Assembly: GCA_964473825.1 (NCBI GenBank)
Contig: CAYYQL010000001.1
Span: 160,001-224,000, forward strand
DNA length: 64,000 nt
DNA from: an uncultured archaeon
Lineage (GTDB): Archaea; Asgardarchaeota; Thorarchaeia; Thorarchaeales; Thorarchaeaceae
Reading direction: 5' to 3'
In this document: piece after piece, positions 9,399-19,390 of the stretch
Numbering within the stretch: the stretch's first letter is position 1
How the letters are laid out: every line of letters begins with the position of its first letter
The notes under the pieces: generated by a model
The model's database searches: none
The model's input: only the letters and a program-made list of their open reading frames with translations
What the model was told of the DNA's origin: nothing
Made by a program: the position numbers and the translations under genes

Positions 9399-10526
9399 AT
9401 GACACAGAAAATACACCGATTCAAGGGTAGCCATTACGAAATAGGCGTGCAGCATGGTTCTCAGCTGCGAAGTATCATTTCGAACAACGTGATTCCCTTT
9501 GTGGAAACAGAAATGAAGAAGCTTGCCCTCTCAAATGAAGGCATCAGGAGAATAACCAAGAGATATGAAGATCTCATCGGATCTGAGTTTCCAGAAGTCA
9601 TTGACGAGGCCAAAGGGCTTGCTGAAGGAGCGGAATTGGACTATGAAACTGCAATGATGCTTCTGTTCTTCTGGGAGGTCCGAGATACAGTGAGCCATAG
9701 CAAAGGTGCATCTGTTGATTCAACGCCTACCGCTAAGGTTGACTCCGATTGCTCCTCTTTTGTCGCCGCCGGGGATGCAACAGTTGACGGAATGCCTATT
9801 GCAACACAGAACTCTGATTGGCCTCTTACGATGCATGGGAAGGGCTTAGCACAGGTCTTTCATATTAGTCCTGACAATCGATATCGTTTCATTGGAAGAG
9901 GATTAGCCGGTAACCTTGGTCGAAACTCCGTAATTGGATTCAATGAAAAGGGACTAGCATTCGTGGGTTCCGGCATTGTTCAATTCAGAGATGCCGACTT
10001 CGGTTTTCCACCTCTGATAATAACAAGGCTTGGTCTCGAAAGATGTAGTAGTGTTGACGAGTTCGTTCAATTGGTCAGAAGAATACCGTACTACTCACAC
10101 GCAGGAGAAAATGTCGATGTTGTGGACAGAGAAGGGAACATGGCAAGAATATCATTCTCAACCAAGAGAGTAATGACAATACAGACGAAGAACCATTTTG
10201 TTGTTTCAACAAACCACTATCACAATCCTGAGATGAGGAATTTCGGACCCAGAAGCGTCGAAGACTATATGTCGACTTTCAAGAGATATGAACGGCTCGT
10301 AGAGCTTGCTTGGGATAACCATGGTTCTATCGATCGGAGTGTCGTTCAATCCATCATGTCAGATCATAAATATGGAGACCAGCCACCAGATGGCAACAAC
10401 TCAATCTGCAGACATGGAGAAACCCACCACACGTTGTCCAATATGATTTCTCTACCCAGTCTGAACGAGTTTTGGATTTCAGAGGGAAACCCGTGCAAAG
10501 GCAATTACACCAAATATTGTCTATAA
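9399..10526 (+). CDS. Peptidase C45 / acyl-CoA:6-APA acyltransferase family Ntn-hydrolase (copy 1)
   Basis: GSHYEIGVQHG, DCSSF (nucleophile Cys), QNSDW, GFNEKGL, STNHY, SICRH, GNPC. Confidence 0.9.
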   Translation: MTQKIHRFKGSHYEIGVQHGSQLRSIISNNVIPFVETEMKKLALSNEGIRRITKRYEDLIGSEFPEVIDEAKGLAEGAELDYETAMMLLFFWEVRDTVSHSKGASVDSTPTAKVDSDCSSFVAAGDATVDGMPIATQNSDWPLTMHGKGLAQVFHISPDNRYRFIGRGLAGNLGRNSVIGFNEKGLAFVGSGIVQFRDADFGFPPLIITRLGLERCSSVDEFVQLVRRIPYYSHAGENVDVVDREGNMARISFSTKRVMTIQTKNHFVVSTNHYHNPEMRNFGPRSVEDYMSTFKRYERLVELAWDNHGSIDRSVVQSIMSDHKYGDQPPDGNNSICRHGETHHTLSNMISLPSLNEFWISEGNPCKGNYTKYCL

Positions 10527-10660
10527 AGGTCTAGACTCGGAGGATAATTCATATTATGCACATAAAGAGTGTGAATTGTCTTTCGGTACTTTTTTATATG
10601 GCTCTAACGGAATGAATTATATTATTCCAACTGAAAAACACGAGAAGGAGTAAAAAAAGA

Positions 10661-12280
10661 ATGAAAAAAGAGAAGATGGTGATTACAGTCCTGGTGATTA
10701 TAGTTATAATCCAAAGTGCAGGCCTGCTTTACCTTTGGCAACTGACTCCTGGAACTACTGAGGACAGGACAACCTTGGTCCTTGGAGCTCCAGTAGAGAT
10801 TGGAAGAAACCTTCATCCTCAGACAGCGAGAGGAGGAGATAATGATCTCATTAGGCAAATCTACGAGGGTCTGTTTGGTTACGAGTACGGAGAGATCTTC
10901 GAACTTGAACCTGTTCTTGCGGCAGACATGGGCGAGGTTTCCCAAGATGGATTGACATGGACCTTTTCACTTCGCCAGGGCGTGAAATTCCATGACGGGA
11001 CAGACTTCAACGCAACAGCTGTCAAGGATCACTTTGATTCAATGTTTGATATCCAGCAAGGTATAACATACATGTTCCATCAAGCTCTGCTTAACAGAAC
11101 AGAGATTGTTGATACCTACACCGTGAAGTTTGTTCTCAATTATCCAAACGTTGCTTTTAGATACATGTTGGCAGCCGTCCCGGCTAAGATTCCCAGTCCA
11201 ACTGCATCAGAAGCCGCACGGGACCTAGGAATAGAAATCTATGAAGGCGAGTACATAGGTACTGGTCCATACCAGCTCACCAGCTATGTTACAGATCAAG
11301 AGGCTATACTCGATGCGTATTTCGACTGGTGGAACGCAGTTCCCGGTGAAACTCATCGTATTGAAACCCTTGAGTACATCGTGATTCCAGATGCCTCTAC
11401 ACTGAAGCTGGCACTTGAGCGGGGAACTATCGATCTAAGCCTAGGAGTTCTCAATGAGGACGACTATCCAGATCTTCTGGACAATCCAGACCTGAGAGAA
11501 TACGACATAAGCACGGCCTCCTCAGCTCGATGGCTTACTTTCAACATGAACAGCACAGTTCATGATACGTTCCCCAACAACAAACTCCTCAGACAGGCAT
11601 TTGCATATGCGATCAACTACGACGTTATAATCGACACTGTCTACGAAGGTGAAGCCGATCGTCTGTATAGCTACCTCCCAGCCGAATACCCTGGATATGT
11701 TGAGGCAGCACCTTACGAATATGACCCCGACACTGCACTAGCACTCATTGATGACGCAGGATTCGAGGCTCCAGTGGAAATGACTATCTACACCTCAGGT
11801 AGCTACACGTCTAGAGAGGCAGACATGCTACAAGTGATAAAGGAGTACGCTCTTGCGGCTGGATTCGATGTTACCATCGTCACACAAGAGATTGGCGTCT
11901 TCAGAGATCAGTACCGGAATACAGACAATCAAGAGATGACGTTGTGGCGTTGGAGAGCTGACTACCCAGCTGCAGACAACTGGAATGTGCCATTCATGTC
12001 CTCATACGGATATGGAACTGGCAGATGCAAGGTCACCGATGGAGACATGGGCCCACTCTATCCATACATCGATGATCTCATAGCAACCGCAGCAGGGACA
12101 ACCAATGAAACTGAATTCATTGAAACAGTCGGCGAGCTCCAGGAGTTGTGGGCAGAATGGGTTCCCAACATCTTCCTGTACCGACCCAAGTTATTCCAGT
12201 TCGGAGCTGCAAACTTGGAGGGTATCTGGTTCGGCGGCCTCCAGTGGGACGTGAACTATCACCAAGCCTATTTCGCGTAG
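10661..12280 (+). CDS. ABC transporter substrate-binding protein, family 5, with N-terminal membrane anchor
   Basis: IYEGL, DGLTWTFSLRQGVKFHDGTDFNA, IGTGPY, LRQAFAYAIN. Confidence 0.93.
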   Translation: MKKEKMVITVLVIIVIIQSAGLLYLWQLTPGTTEDRTTLVLGAPVEIGRNLHPQTARGGDNDLIRQIYEGLFGYEYGEIFELEPVLAADMGEVSQDGLTWTFSLRQGVKFHDGTDFNATAVKDHFDSMFDIQQGITYMFHQALLNRTEIVDTYTVKFVLNYPNVAFRYMLAAVPAKIPSPTASEAARDLGIEIYEGEYIGTGPYQLTSYVTDQEAILDAYFDWWNAVPGETHRIETLEYIVIPDASTLKLALERGTIDLSLGVLNEDDYPDLLDNPDLREYDISTASSARWLTFNMNSTVHDTFPNNKLLRQAFAYAINYDVIIDTVYEGEADRLYSYLPAEYPGYVEAAPYEYDPDTALALIDDAGFEAPVEMTIYTSGSYTSREADMLQVIKEYALAAGFDVTIVTQEIGVFRDQYRNTDNQEMTLWRWRADYPAADNWNVPFMSSYGYGTGRCKVTDGDMGPLYPYIDDLIATAAGTTNETEFIETVGELQELWAEWVPNIFLYRPKLFQFGAANLEGIWFGGLQWDVNYHQAYFA

Positions 12281-12303
12281 TACATAACAAACACACTTTC
12301 TCA

Positions 12304-12333
12304 GGCGCCCCACGCGGGCGCCCCTTCATTTTT
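12304..12333 (+). terminator. GC hairpin plus pyrimidine/T tract after the SBP gene
   Basis: GGCGCCC-cacgc-GGGCGCC followed by ccttcattttt. Confidence 0.6.
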
Positions 12334-12385
12334 ATCCAATCACATGTGGTTTCAACATGATAACGAATATGAAGTGAGTACAACC

Positions 12386-13672
12386 ATGAACAAGAGCTGG
12401 AAGGACAGAAACACAAAATCGTGTGCACGAAGTTATAGGTTCCCATCTATTGTCATTAACGAAGCCAAGGGCGTGCATCTCTTTGACAATGAGGGGCGTT
12501 CATACCTCGATTTCACATCAGGAGGGCAGACAGCGAATCTGGGCCACAATCCTCCAGAAATCATGACTGCGGTTAAGAAACAGCTCGAACTGACAGGTCT
12601 AGCATCCTTTGGATGGGTCTTGAATGAAAGAAGGATTGAACTAGCTGAGAAGCTGAAGAGAATCGCACCCGGAGAGCTCTCCTCCGGGAAAGTAGGTTTC
12701 TGCAACACGGGTTCACAGGCCACAGAGCTCACTCTACGATTGGCAAGGCAGCACTCCGGAAGACAACTGGCAGTCTGCACGTTCGGCTGTTTCCATGGAC
12801 AGACTTCGATGGGTGCTCTTGCTCTGAACACAAGCCCGGATGGTAGGAAATACGGGGTGCCGCAAATACCCGGTATAGTCTATGTACCGTACCCGTATTG
12901 TTTCAGATGTCCTCTGAACCAAGAGCCTGAGTCCTGCAGTGTTGAATGTCTAGAGCTCATCCGATATCAGTTTGATACAGAGGTAATTCCACCGGATGAA
13001 ACAGCTGTGTTCTTCATAGAGCCGGTTCAAGTTCATGGAGGAGTCATCCCACTGCCAGAGGGCTATATCAGAGGTCTCAGGGAAATATGTGACGAGCATG
13101 GAATACTCCTAGCAGTGGATGAAGTTGTGACTGGGATGGGTAGAACTGGTACATGGTTCGGCATACAGAACTGGCACGTCAACGCGGATATCCTCTACAT
13201 GGCAAAGCCCCTGGCATCAGGCCTTTCACTAGGAGCAGTAATAGGCAACGAAGAGATCATGGCTCACTTCAGAGGTGGTGGAACTTTCTCTGGGAATCCG
13301 ATTGCTTGCTCAGCCGCACTTGCTACCATAGAATCAATAGAGAATAGAGACTTGCTCCGCAGGTGTCTTAATGCTGGAAGCCTCATCCGAAAGAGACTAA
13401 ATGAAATGCGGGAGCAGTATCCCCTGATAGGAGACGTCAGAGGGCGGGGTTTGCTACTTGGGGTTGAGCTTGTCCAGGATGCAGTCACGAGAAGACCAGC
13501 AGTTGAGGAAACAACCGCAATAATCGAGTCAGCAGCCAGAAATGGGCTTCTTATGTTTCCCGGCGGAGTATATCACAACACCATCCGTTTATGCCCGCCC
13601 TTAACTATCACAGATACCGAGATAGAGAAGGCTCTGAATATCCTTGAACTAGCCTTCAAATGCTCGCATTAA
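12386..13672 (+). CDS. Class III PLP-dependent aminotransferase (or racemase-like) enzyme
   Basis: YLDFTSG, NLGH, FHGQT, DEVVTGMGRTG, MAK (PLP Lys), GTFSGNP, DVRGRGL; alternative start at 12344. Confidence 0.9.
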   Translation: MNKSWKDRNTKSCARSYRFPSIVINEAKGVHLFDNEGRSYLDFTSGGQTANLGHNPPEIMTAVKKQLELTGLASFGWVLNERRIELAEKLKRIAPGELSSGKVGFCNTGSQATELTLRLARQHSGRQLAVCTFGCFHGQTSMGALALNTSPDGRKYGVPQIPGIVYVPYPYCFRCPLNQEPESCSVECLELIRYQFDTEVIPPDETAVFFIEPVQVHGGVIPLPEGYIRGLREICDEHGILLAVDEVVTGMGRTGTWFGIQNWHVNADILYMAKPLASGLSLGAVIGNEEIMAHFRGGGTFSGNPIACSAALATIESIENRDLLRRCLNAGSLIRKRLNEMREQYPLIGDVRGRGLLLGVELVQDAVTRRPAVEETTAIIESAARNGLLMFPGGVYHNTIRLCPPLTITDTEIEKALNILELAFKCSH

Positions 13673-13992
13673 CACGGTCACAAGGCGCCCCTTTCGTCAT
13701 AGCTTCCACAAGTCTCACAGCGAGAGGACTTGATCTGGTCGAATCAAACTGAGGTCCGCGGCCTTCGCTCTAGCATTCGCGTATTAATGCCTCATCTATC
13801 AGAGGGCGAGTAAGATGCCAGGAGAGAGATTTTAGATGAAACAGGTCTATACGGGAGAACACATTCGGCATCCTCTTGTCAAATACATCTGCGAGCCCCT
13901 CACAATATCCAAAAGAAAGAAATAATAGTAAATATAAGGGACACCCGAGATATTTGCTTGGAATATCATAAATTATCCTTGGACCCGTTAAA

Positions 13993-14490
13993 ATGACCGA
14001 CGAACCGTATCAAAACAAGAAAATCCCGGACCACTGGGCGACTTCCGAGAAAACCTCTGTTGTTGGAAAGATGGTTGCTGTGTCAGGCGTAAGACTATAT
14101 CAGCGAGGGACAAACCTCATTTTCCCCAGAAGTAGGTCTTTTCCTAAACACAGTATTGTTGAAATCACCGCTACTGATGAAAAAGAAATCTCTCCAGGTG
14201 ACGATGTGAACTCGGTCCTCTACCTCGGTTTCTTCGAAGTGTCGACTGGAGGGATCATAGTGGTCGGCGAGCATGTATCAATTGGGGACACCGTGATAGG
14301 TGTAGTTGCGGGTTTCAGTGACGTTCATGAACCGAACCATATCAATATACTAGTCTGTCTGGAAACCGAAGACTTGCGAAGGATAATGGAAGAAACATCA
14401 GACAGATCCGTCGTAAAGCTTGATATCAAACTTAACGATGCGATAGAATTCGGTCACCGCAATCTTGACGAAACCGTACACAAAAAGTGA
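13993..14490 (+). CDS. Conserved hypothetical protein (DUF6917-like)
   Basis: RSR..., TDE..SPGD, YLGFFEV..GG, AGFSDVHEPNHINI pattern recalled from the DUF6917 family. Confidence 0.65.
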   Translation: MTDEPYQNKKIPDHWATSEKTSVVGKMVAVSGVRLYQRGTNLIFPRSRSFPKHSIVEITATDEKEISPGDDVNSVLYLGFFEVSTGGIIVVGEHVSIGDTVIGVVAGFSDVHEPNHINILVCLETEDLRRIMEETSDRSVVKLDIKLNDAIEFGHRNLDETVHKK

Positions 14491-14512
14491 AAGAGAGGAG
14501 CTATGCAAGACA

Positions 14513-15595
14513 ATGAAGACATTTCCACAAGTCACTATCCATGGAATGCCATACGATAGAGGACATGAGTATGGCGAAAAGTGCAAAGACATCATAAGAC
14601 TGAGACTAGAGATTATTCGTTCGCTTTTCAACACAGAGGACTATTTCGGTGTTTCATGGAAGGAAGCTGTTGAGAGAGCAAAGAAGTATCAGGAACACAT
14701 AGAGCACTATGACTCATCCATCATAGAGGAGATGGAAGGCATCGCCGAAGGATCCAATAATACCCTCGATCTGATTGTCTTCCTCAATTCGGTTTACGAG
14801 TTCTTCAGCCTCAAGGTGGACGGAGTTTGGAACGGATGCACAACAGTGTCCCTTCTTCCAGAGCGTACACGTGAAATGAATACAATCATTGGACAAAACG
14901 ACGACTGGAATGAGTTGTTTCAGCAAACTCATATTCTTCTCAGAATAAGGCAAGAGGAAGGTCCTGACATCTTCCAGTTTACTGAGGCAGGAACGGTTGG
15001 AGGAAATGGGGTCAATTCGGCGGGAATAGGATTGTGCGCAAATTCATTGCTTTCGAGCGGCTGGTCGATGGAAGGAGTGCCCCATCTTATACTCAAACGG
15101 GGAATCCTTAGCAGCACAAACTTTTCCGATGCCATGAAGGCAGTGACATCTGCAAGAAGGTGCTCGTCCCACAACTACCTCATTACGCACGTACACGGAG
15201 AATGCGTCGATATCGAAGCTACGCCTCAGACGGCAAATTTCATTTTTCCACATCAAGGATTCTTGACTCATACTAATCATTTCGTTTCTAGCAACCCTCA
15301 CATAACCGACAATAAGGTTCTCAAGTCGCCCGACACGCTAATCCGAAAACATCGTGCAGACAAGATCCTGGCATCGGAAGAAGAATCCCTTTCGATTGAA
15401 AGCCTCAAGACTGTGTTTACTGACCACTTCAGCAAGCCTCATTCAATTTGCAGACACGGAGACGAGAAGCTTCCCCAGATGCGGCAGATGCAGACAAACG
15501 CATCCATGATTATCGATATGACCAATTCAAAGATGATAATCTCTCATGGCCCGCCATGTTCGAATCAATACCAGGAGGTCAATATATGGGGATGA
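14513..15595 (+). CDS. Peptidase C45 family Ntn-hydrolase (copy 2, divergent from copies 1 and 3)
   Basis: GCTT (nucleophile Cys), GQNDDW, TEAG, GVNSAGI, HTNHF, SICRH, GPPC; ATG at 14513 downstream of GAGGAG. Confidence 0.9.
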   Translation: MKTFPQVTIHGMPYDRGHEYGEKCKDIIRLRLEIIRSLFNTEDYFGVSWKEAVERAKKYQEHIEHYDSSIIEEMEGIAEGSNNTLDLIVFLNSVYEFFSLKVDGVWNGCTTVSLLPERTREMNTIIGQNDDWNELFQQTHILLRIRQEEGPDIFQFTEAGTVGGNGVNSAGIGLCANSLLSSGWSMEGVPHLILKRGILSSTNFSDAMKAVTSARRCSSHNYLITHVHGECVDIEATPQTANFIFPHQGFLTHTNHFVSSNPHITDNKVLKSPDTLIRKHRADKILASEEESLSIESLKTVFTDHFSKPHSICRHGDEKLPQMRQMQTNASMIIDMTNSKMIISHGPPCSNQYQEVNIWG

Positions 15596-15675
15596 TATTG
15601 GTGAATGGGTGGACATGTATCGGAGTAACCATGAATGTTGCAGAGATCAGTGTTATACCTGGAGTGATGTAGAAA

Positions 15676-16761
15676 ATGAATGAGATGGTTCGACTTCAGG
15701 GTTCACATTATGACATAGGATTTGAGCATGGACAGAAGCTTCGCAGAACAATAACTGATACCGTAATTCCGTTTGTCAAGCAAGATATGGCCACATTGGG
15801 CATTTCTGAGGCTGCAGCTGACAAGATCGCGGCTCAATATCAGCAGCTAATAGCAGAAACATATCCAGAGCTGTTGGATGAAACAAGAGGAATCTCTGAA
15901 GGGGCCGAAATTTCATACGCGTCAGCTCTAATAGTTCTCTTCTTCTGGGAAATCAGAGATACCGTTTCTCATTCACTCCCGCAGTGTTCTTCTTTTGTAG
16001 CTACAGGTGCAGCAACACGGGACGGAGCCCAGATTGCAAGTCAGAACTCCGACTGGTCACCAGATATGATGAAAAAGCAGATTGGGTTCACTTTCCGCAT
16101 CAATCCAAGAAGTCGATATGGTTTCATAGGAAGGGGATTGGCAGGCAATCTTGGCAGGCCATCAGTGATTGGTTTCAATGAGAAGGGATTGACCTTCGTG
16201 GGATCGGGTATCCGACAGCTGAGGGGTGGAGGATTTGGACTGCCACCTTTGATAGCCACACGAATCGGGCTAGAATCCTGCAGTACAGTAGATGAATTCA
16301 TTGATTACGTGAAGCAAGTTCCCAAGTGGTCTCATGCAGGTGAAAATGTTGACATTGCGGATGCTGGCGGAAACATTGCAAGAATAAGCTTCTCGACAAA
16401 CAATCTCTTCATCGTTCAGTCTAAGGATCATTTCATTGTTTCCACTAACCATTATCACAATAAGGAGATGAGATACCTTGGACCTGCTTCGCGAGATGAA
16501 TACCCATCATCTTATTCACGATACGACAGACTCGTGGAGCTACTTACAGATAACTACGGTCAACTAGATCTTGAGAGAACTAGGCAAATAATGAGTGATC
16601 ACAAGTATGGAAATACGGCGCCAGACGGTGCCAATTCAATCTGTAGACACGGCGAAGGGATACAAACACGAAGCAACGTTATTCTTCAGCCAAAAGAGAA
16701 GATGTGCTGGGTGGCCAATTCATCCCCATGCAGTGGAGAGTACGTTGAATACAGGTTATAA
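15676..16761 (+). CDS. Peptidase C45 family Ntn-hydrolase (copy 3, close paralogue of copy 1)
   Basis: QCSSF, QNSDW, FIGRGLAGNLGR, GFNEKGL, SHAGENVD, STNHYHN shared with 9399..10526. Confidence 0.9.
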   Translation: MNEMVRLQGSHYDIGFEHGQKLRRTITDTVIPFVKQDMATLGISEAAADKIAAQYQQLIAETYPELLDETRGISEGAEISYASALIVLFFWEIRDTVSHSLPQCSSFVATGAATRDGAQIASQNSDWSPDMMKKQIGFTFRINPRSRYGFIGRGLAGNLGRPSVIGFNEKGLTFVGSGIRQLRGGGFGLPPLIATRIGLESCSTVDEFIDYVKQVPKWSHAGENVDIADAGGNIARISFSTNNLFIVQSKDHFIVSTNHYHNKEMRYLGPASRDEYPSSYSRYDRLVELLTDNYGQLDLERTRQIMSDHKYGNTAPDGANSICRHGEGIQTRSNVILQPKEKMCWVANSSPCSGEYVEYRL

Positions 16762-16947
16762 CTGCTCTCGGCACCCTGATCTGTCATCTTGACCGTTGAA
16801 GCCTAGGATTGATTGACTCGAATTCATAGGCTAGCAACTTGCCCTGATTCATCAATGCAAACTACCATTCCATTCATCATGAAACTGGAACCAAGGTTAA
16901 TGACATCACAATCGACAATGAGTTTAGCAGGGACAAGTGAAACAAAT

Positions 16948-17997
16948 CTATTTCCATACATGACGGAAAACTCTTAGAAGGTTGTTACCCATGATTTTCG
17001 TAAGGTCTTCTTCAGAGTACCCATTCTCCAGCAGGCTCTTGCGCAGATTAGGCATATCAGCGATACTCTGGAACCCGTCAGGGTAATCAAACTGTATCTT
17101 CTTGTGACCCAGATCCTGTCCAGATTCCCATATAACCGCATGTTGTTCTTCAGGCCAGTTCTCAAGCAGATCGGGGCCAACCCCCACATGTTCTATACCA
17201 ACGAGGTCATCGATGTACTCAATATGTCTGACCATATCTTCGACTGATGCCTGTCCTGAATCAACAAGAAAAGAAGGTAGGCAGTGGATACAGATCACCC
17301 CACCATTTGATCCCACCTTCTCTATGACCTCGTCTTCAAGATTCCGCGGATGACCACAGCGTGATTTGGCATTAGAATTGGAAGCTATTACTGGATCTGA
17401 AGATAACTCAAGTACGTCATGGCATCCCTTCGGTGAGAGTTGTGAGATGTCTATCACCATGCCGATTCTATTCATCTCTTCTACAACGCTCACACCAAAC
17501 TCTGTCAGTCCGCCAGTGGTACGTCCCATGCAGCTATCAGATATCTGATTCCTTCGGTTTGCTGTGAGATGCAGGCACCGAATTCCAAGTCGATAGAAAG
17601 TCCGAAGAAGGGCCAAGTCTTGTCGAATCGGTGATCCGCCCTGCAAACACAATACTATGCCCAAGTTTTCCTCGCCAACGACTTGGTCGAAATCGCTATA
17701 CTGAGTGATTATGGAAATCCTCTCGGAGCTCTCTCGTGCTTCACTCCGCATGTAATCTATCCCACTCAGCGACCGCTCAAGAGGGTCCGCATTCGTAACT
17801 ATTTTGCTCAAGGGGAAAAGAGAGAACATGTTGGTGCCGCCGCCAACGTGATCGCAAATAACATTCACTCCTCCCTCTTTCAGAACAGGGTAGTGCCGAC
17901 GCTCCAAAACATGAGTTTCCCCGCGACTGCGCCTTTCAGCTACATCAATGAGATAGTCTGTGTGCGCAAGAATTGTAAAATTGCTGTCCTTCTTCAT
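16948..17997 (-). CDS. Membrane dipeptidase (M19) family homologue with altered metal ligands
   Basis: AHTD, YRLGIR, GLTEFG..VVEEMNRIGMVID, HPRNL, GIEHVGVGPD, GNNLLRV; start may be 18009. Confidence 0.88.
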   Translation of the reverse strand: MKKDSNFTILAHTDYLIDVAERRSRGETHVLERRHYPVLKEGGVNVICDHVGGGTNMFSLFPLSKIVTNADPLERSLSGIDYMRSEARESSERISIITQYSDFDQVVGEENLGIVLCLQGGSPIRQDLALLRTFYRLGIRCLHLTANRRNQISDSCMGRTTGGLTEFGVSVVEEMNRIGMVIDISQLSPKGCHDVLELSSDPVIASNSNAKSRCGHPRNLEDEVIEKVGSNGGVICIHCLPSFLVDSGQASVEDMVRHIEYIDDLVGIEHVGVGPDLLENWPEEQHAVIWESGQDLGHKKIQFDYPDGFQSIADMPNLRKSLLENGYSEEDLTKIMGNNLLRVFRHVWK

Positions 17998-18016
17998 TTG
18001 ATACACCATTCTCTCG

Positions 18017-19372
18017 TTATGTGTCCTTGCTGAGCAACGACGCCAGAGCTCTAACATCGTCACATCTTCTCAAATTCATGACTATTTTGATGATCTCTTC
18101 AACCCTATCCGCTTCCAGACAGTTCCGAGCAAGTTTCCTGAACTTCTCTAGGACTTCGTTCTGAGTCATCTTCTTGGGTTGAAGAACATAGGAGCTCTCA
18201 ACACTGAGTCCGTGCGTGGTTTCAATCTCTGCTTTCGCAGCCATCCTGTTGTCAAGCCCTCTCTCCTCTAGACTGGAATCAACTTCAGTTACAGTGCGTT
18301 GGACCATGGCTCTAAGGCTCGAGTCTTGTATCCTCTCATCAGTGTACTGGTCAATGCCTAGCTCCCCTTCGACAATCCTTGCCGCGACAGCATATTCCAT
18401 GCTCATCTGAGCGGAAGAAACATTGTCATAGGCATCACCGACGTTGTTCTTGAGCGCACCTGATGTTGTCCGAATCGTCACCCTCCTAATGTCATCAGAC
18501 TTCAACGAATGCTCATCGAGAATCTCGGCAACTGCGTCCACTACGGCATGGAAGCTTGTACAACACGGGTACTTTTTCAATCTGAGTTTTCTGATTTCAT
18601 AAACGTCCCCCAGTCCCTCAAGTATCTCATCAATCGTGCAATCTGGTGAATGAGCTAGACAGAATCCACCTTGGGGAGACTCGAGGATGTCTCTGAACCC
18701 GGTAAATCCCCGCCTTGCCAACAAAGATGCCATGATAGCACCTTGGGCTGAACGCGCATTTACAAGTCGTTTTGCCATTGCTCCAAAACCATAGGTAAGC
18801 AGACCTCCAACGTAAGGACCTGCAATTCCCATGGCATTGACGATTCCGTCTGTATCAAGAGCCATGATCTTAGCGGAAGCTACAGCAGCCCCAAAGGTCG
18901 AGCATATCGCAGTGCTATTCCATCCGTGCAGAACAGACCAGCCAAGCCCGGCCCTGACTCTGGCAGATACTTCGTGTCCAGCAAAAACAGCACCAAGGAG
19001 TTCGGTCCCAGTCACCGATTCGACACATTCAGCGGAAGCAATTGCTGAAGTTACAACAAGAGCGCCAGGGTGAATTCCTGTAGGAACATATGTGTCATCG
19101 AACTCAAAGGAGTTGACTGCATGAGCGTTGGCTAACACGGCATTCACGGCTGGCGCTTTCCAGTCATGTCCCCAGATGGTAGCTTCCTCTTTGCCGCTCC
19201 AATCCTTAACAAGTCCTGCGGATATCTGAACCCACGGCAGAGTAGAACCAAAAAGCCCACACCCCAATATATCAAGAATATCCATCTTGGCAGCTTCTAC
19301 AAACTCCTTGGGAATATTGTCCAAATCTATAGTGGCTGCCCAACCAGCCAGTACCTCACTTACAGTAGGCAA
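18017..19372 (-). CDS. MmgE/PrpD family protein (canonical-looking copy)
   Basis: LDILGC, NSFEFDDT..IHPG, HGW, ARRGFTG, KKYPCC..FH, EKFR. Confidence 0.9.
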   Translation of the reverse strand: MPTVSEVLAGWAATIDLDNIPKEFVEAAKMDILDILGCGLFGSTLPWVQISAGLVKDWSGKEEATIWGHDWKAPAVNAVLANAHAVNSFEFDDTYVPTGIHPGALVVTSAIASAECVESVTGTELLGAVFAGHEVSARVRAGLGWSVLHGWNSTAICSTFGAAVASAKIMALDTDGIVNAMGIAGPYVGGLLTYGFGAMAKRLVNARSAQGAIMASLLARRGFTGFRDILESPQGGFCLAHSPDCTIDEILEGLGDVYEIRKLRLKKYPCCTSFHAVVDAVAEILDEHSLKSDDIRRVTIRTTSGALKNNVGDAYDNVSSAQMSMEYAVAARIVEGELGIDQYTDERIQDSSLRAMVQRTVTEVDSSLEERGLDNRMAAKAEIETTHGLSVESSYVLQPKKMTQNEVLEKFRKLARNCLEADRVEEIIKIVMNLRRCDDVRALASLLSKDT

Positions 19373-19390
19373 TCAAAATCACCATCAACT

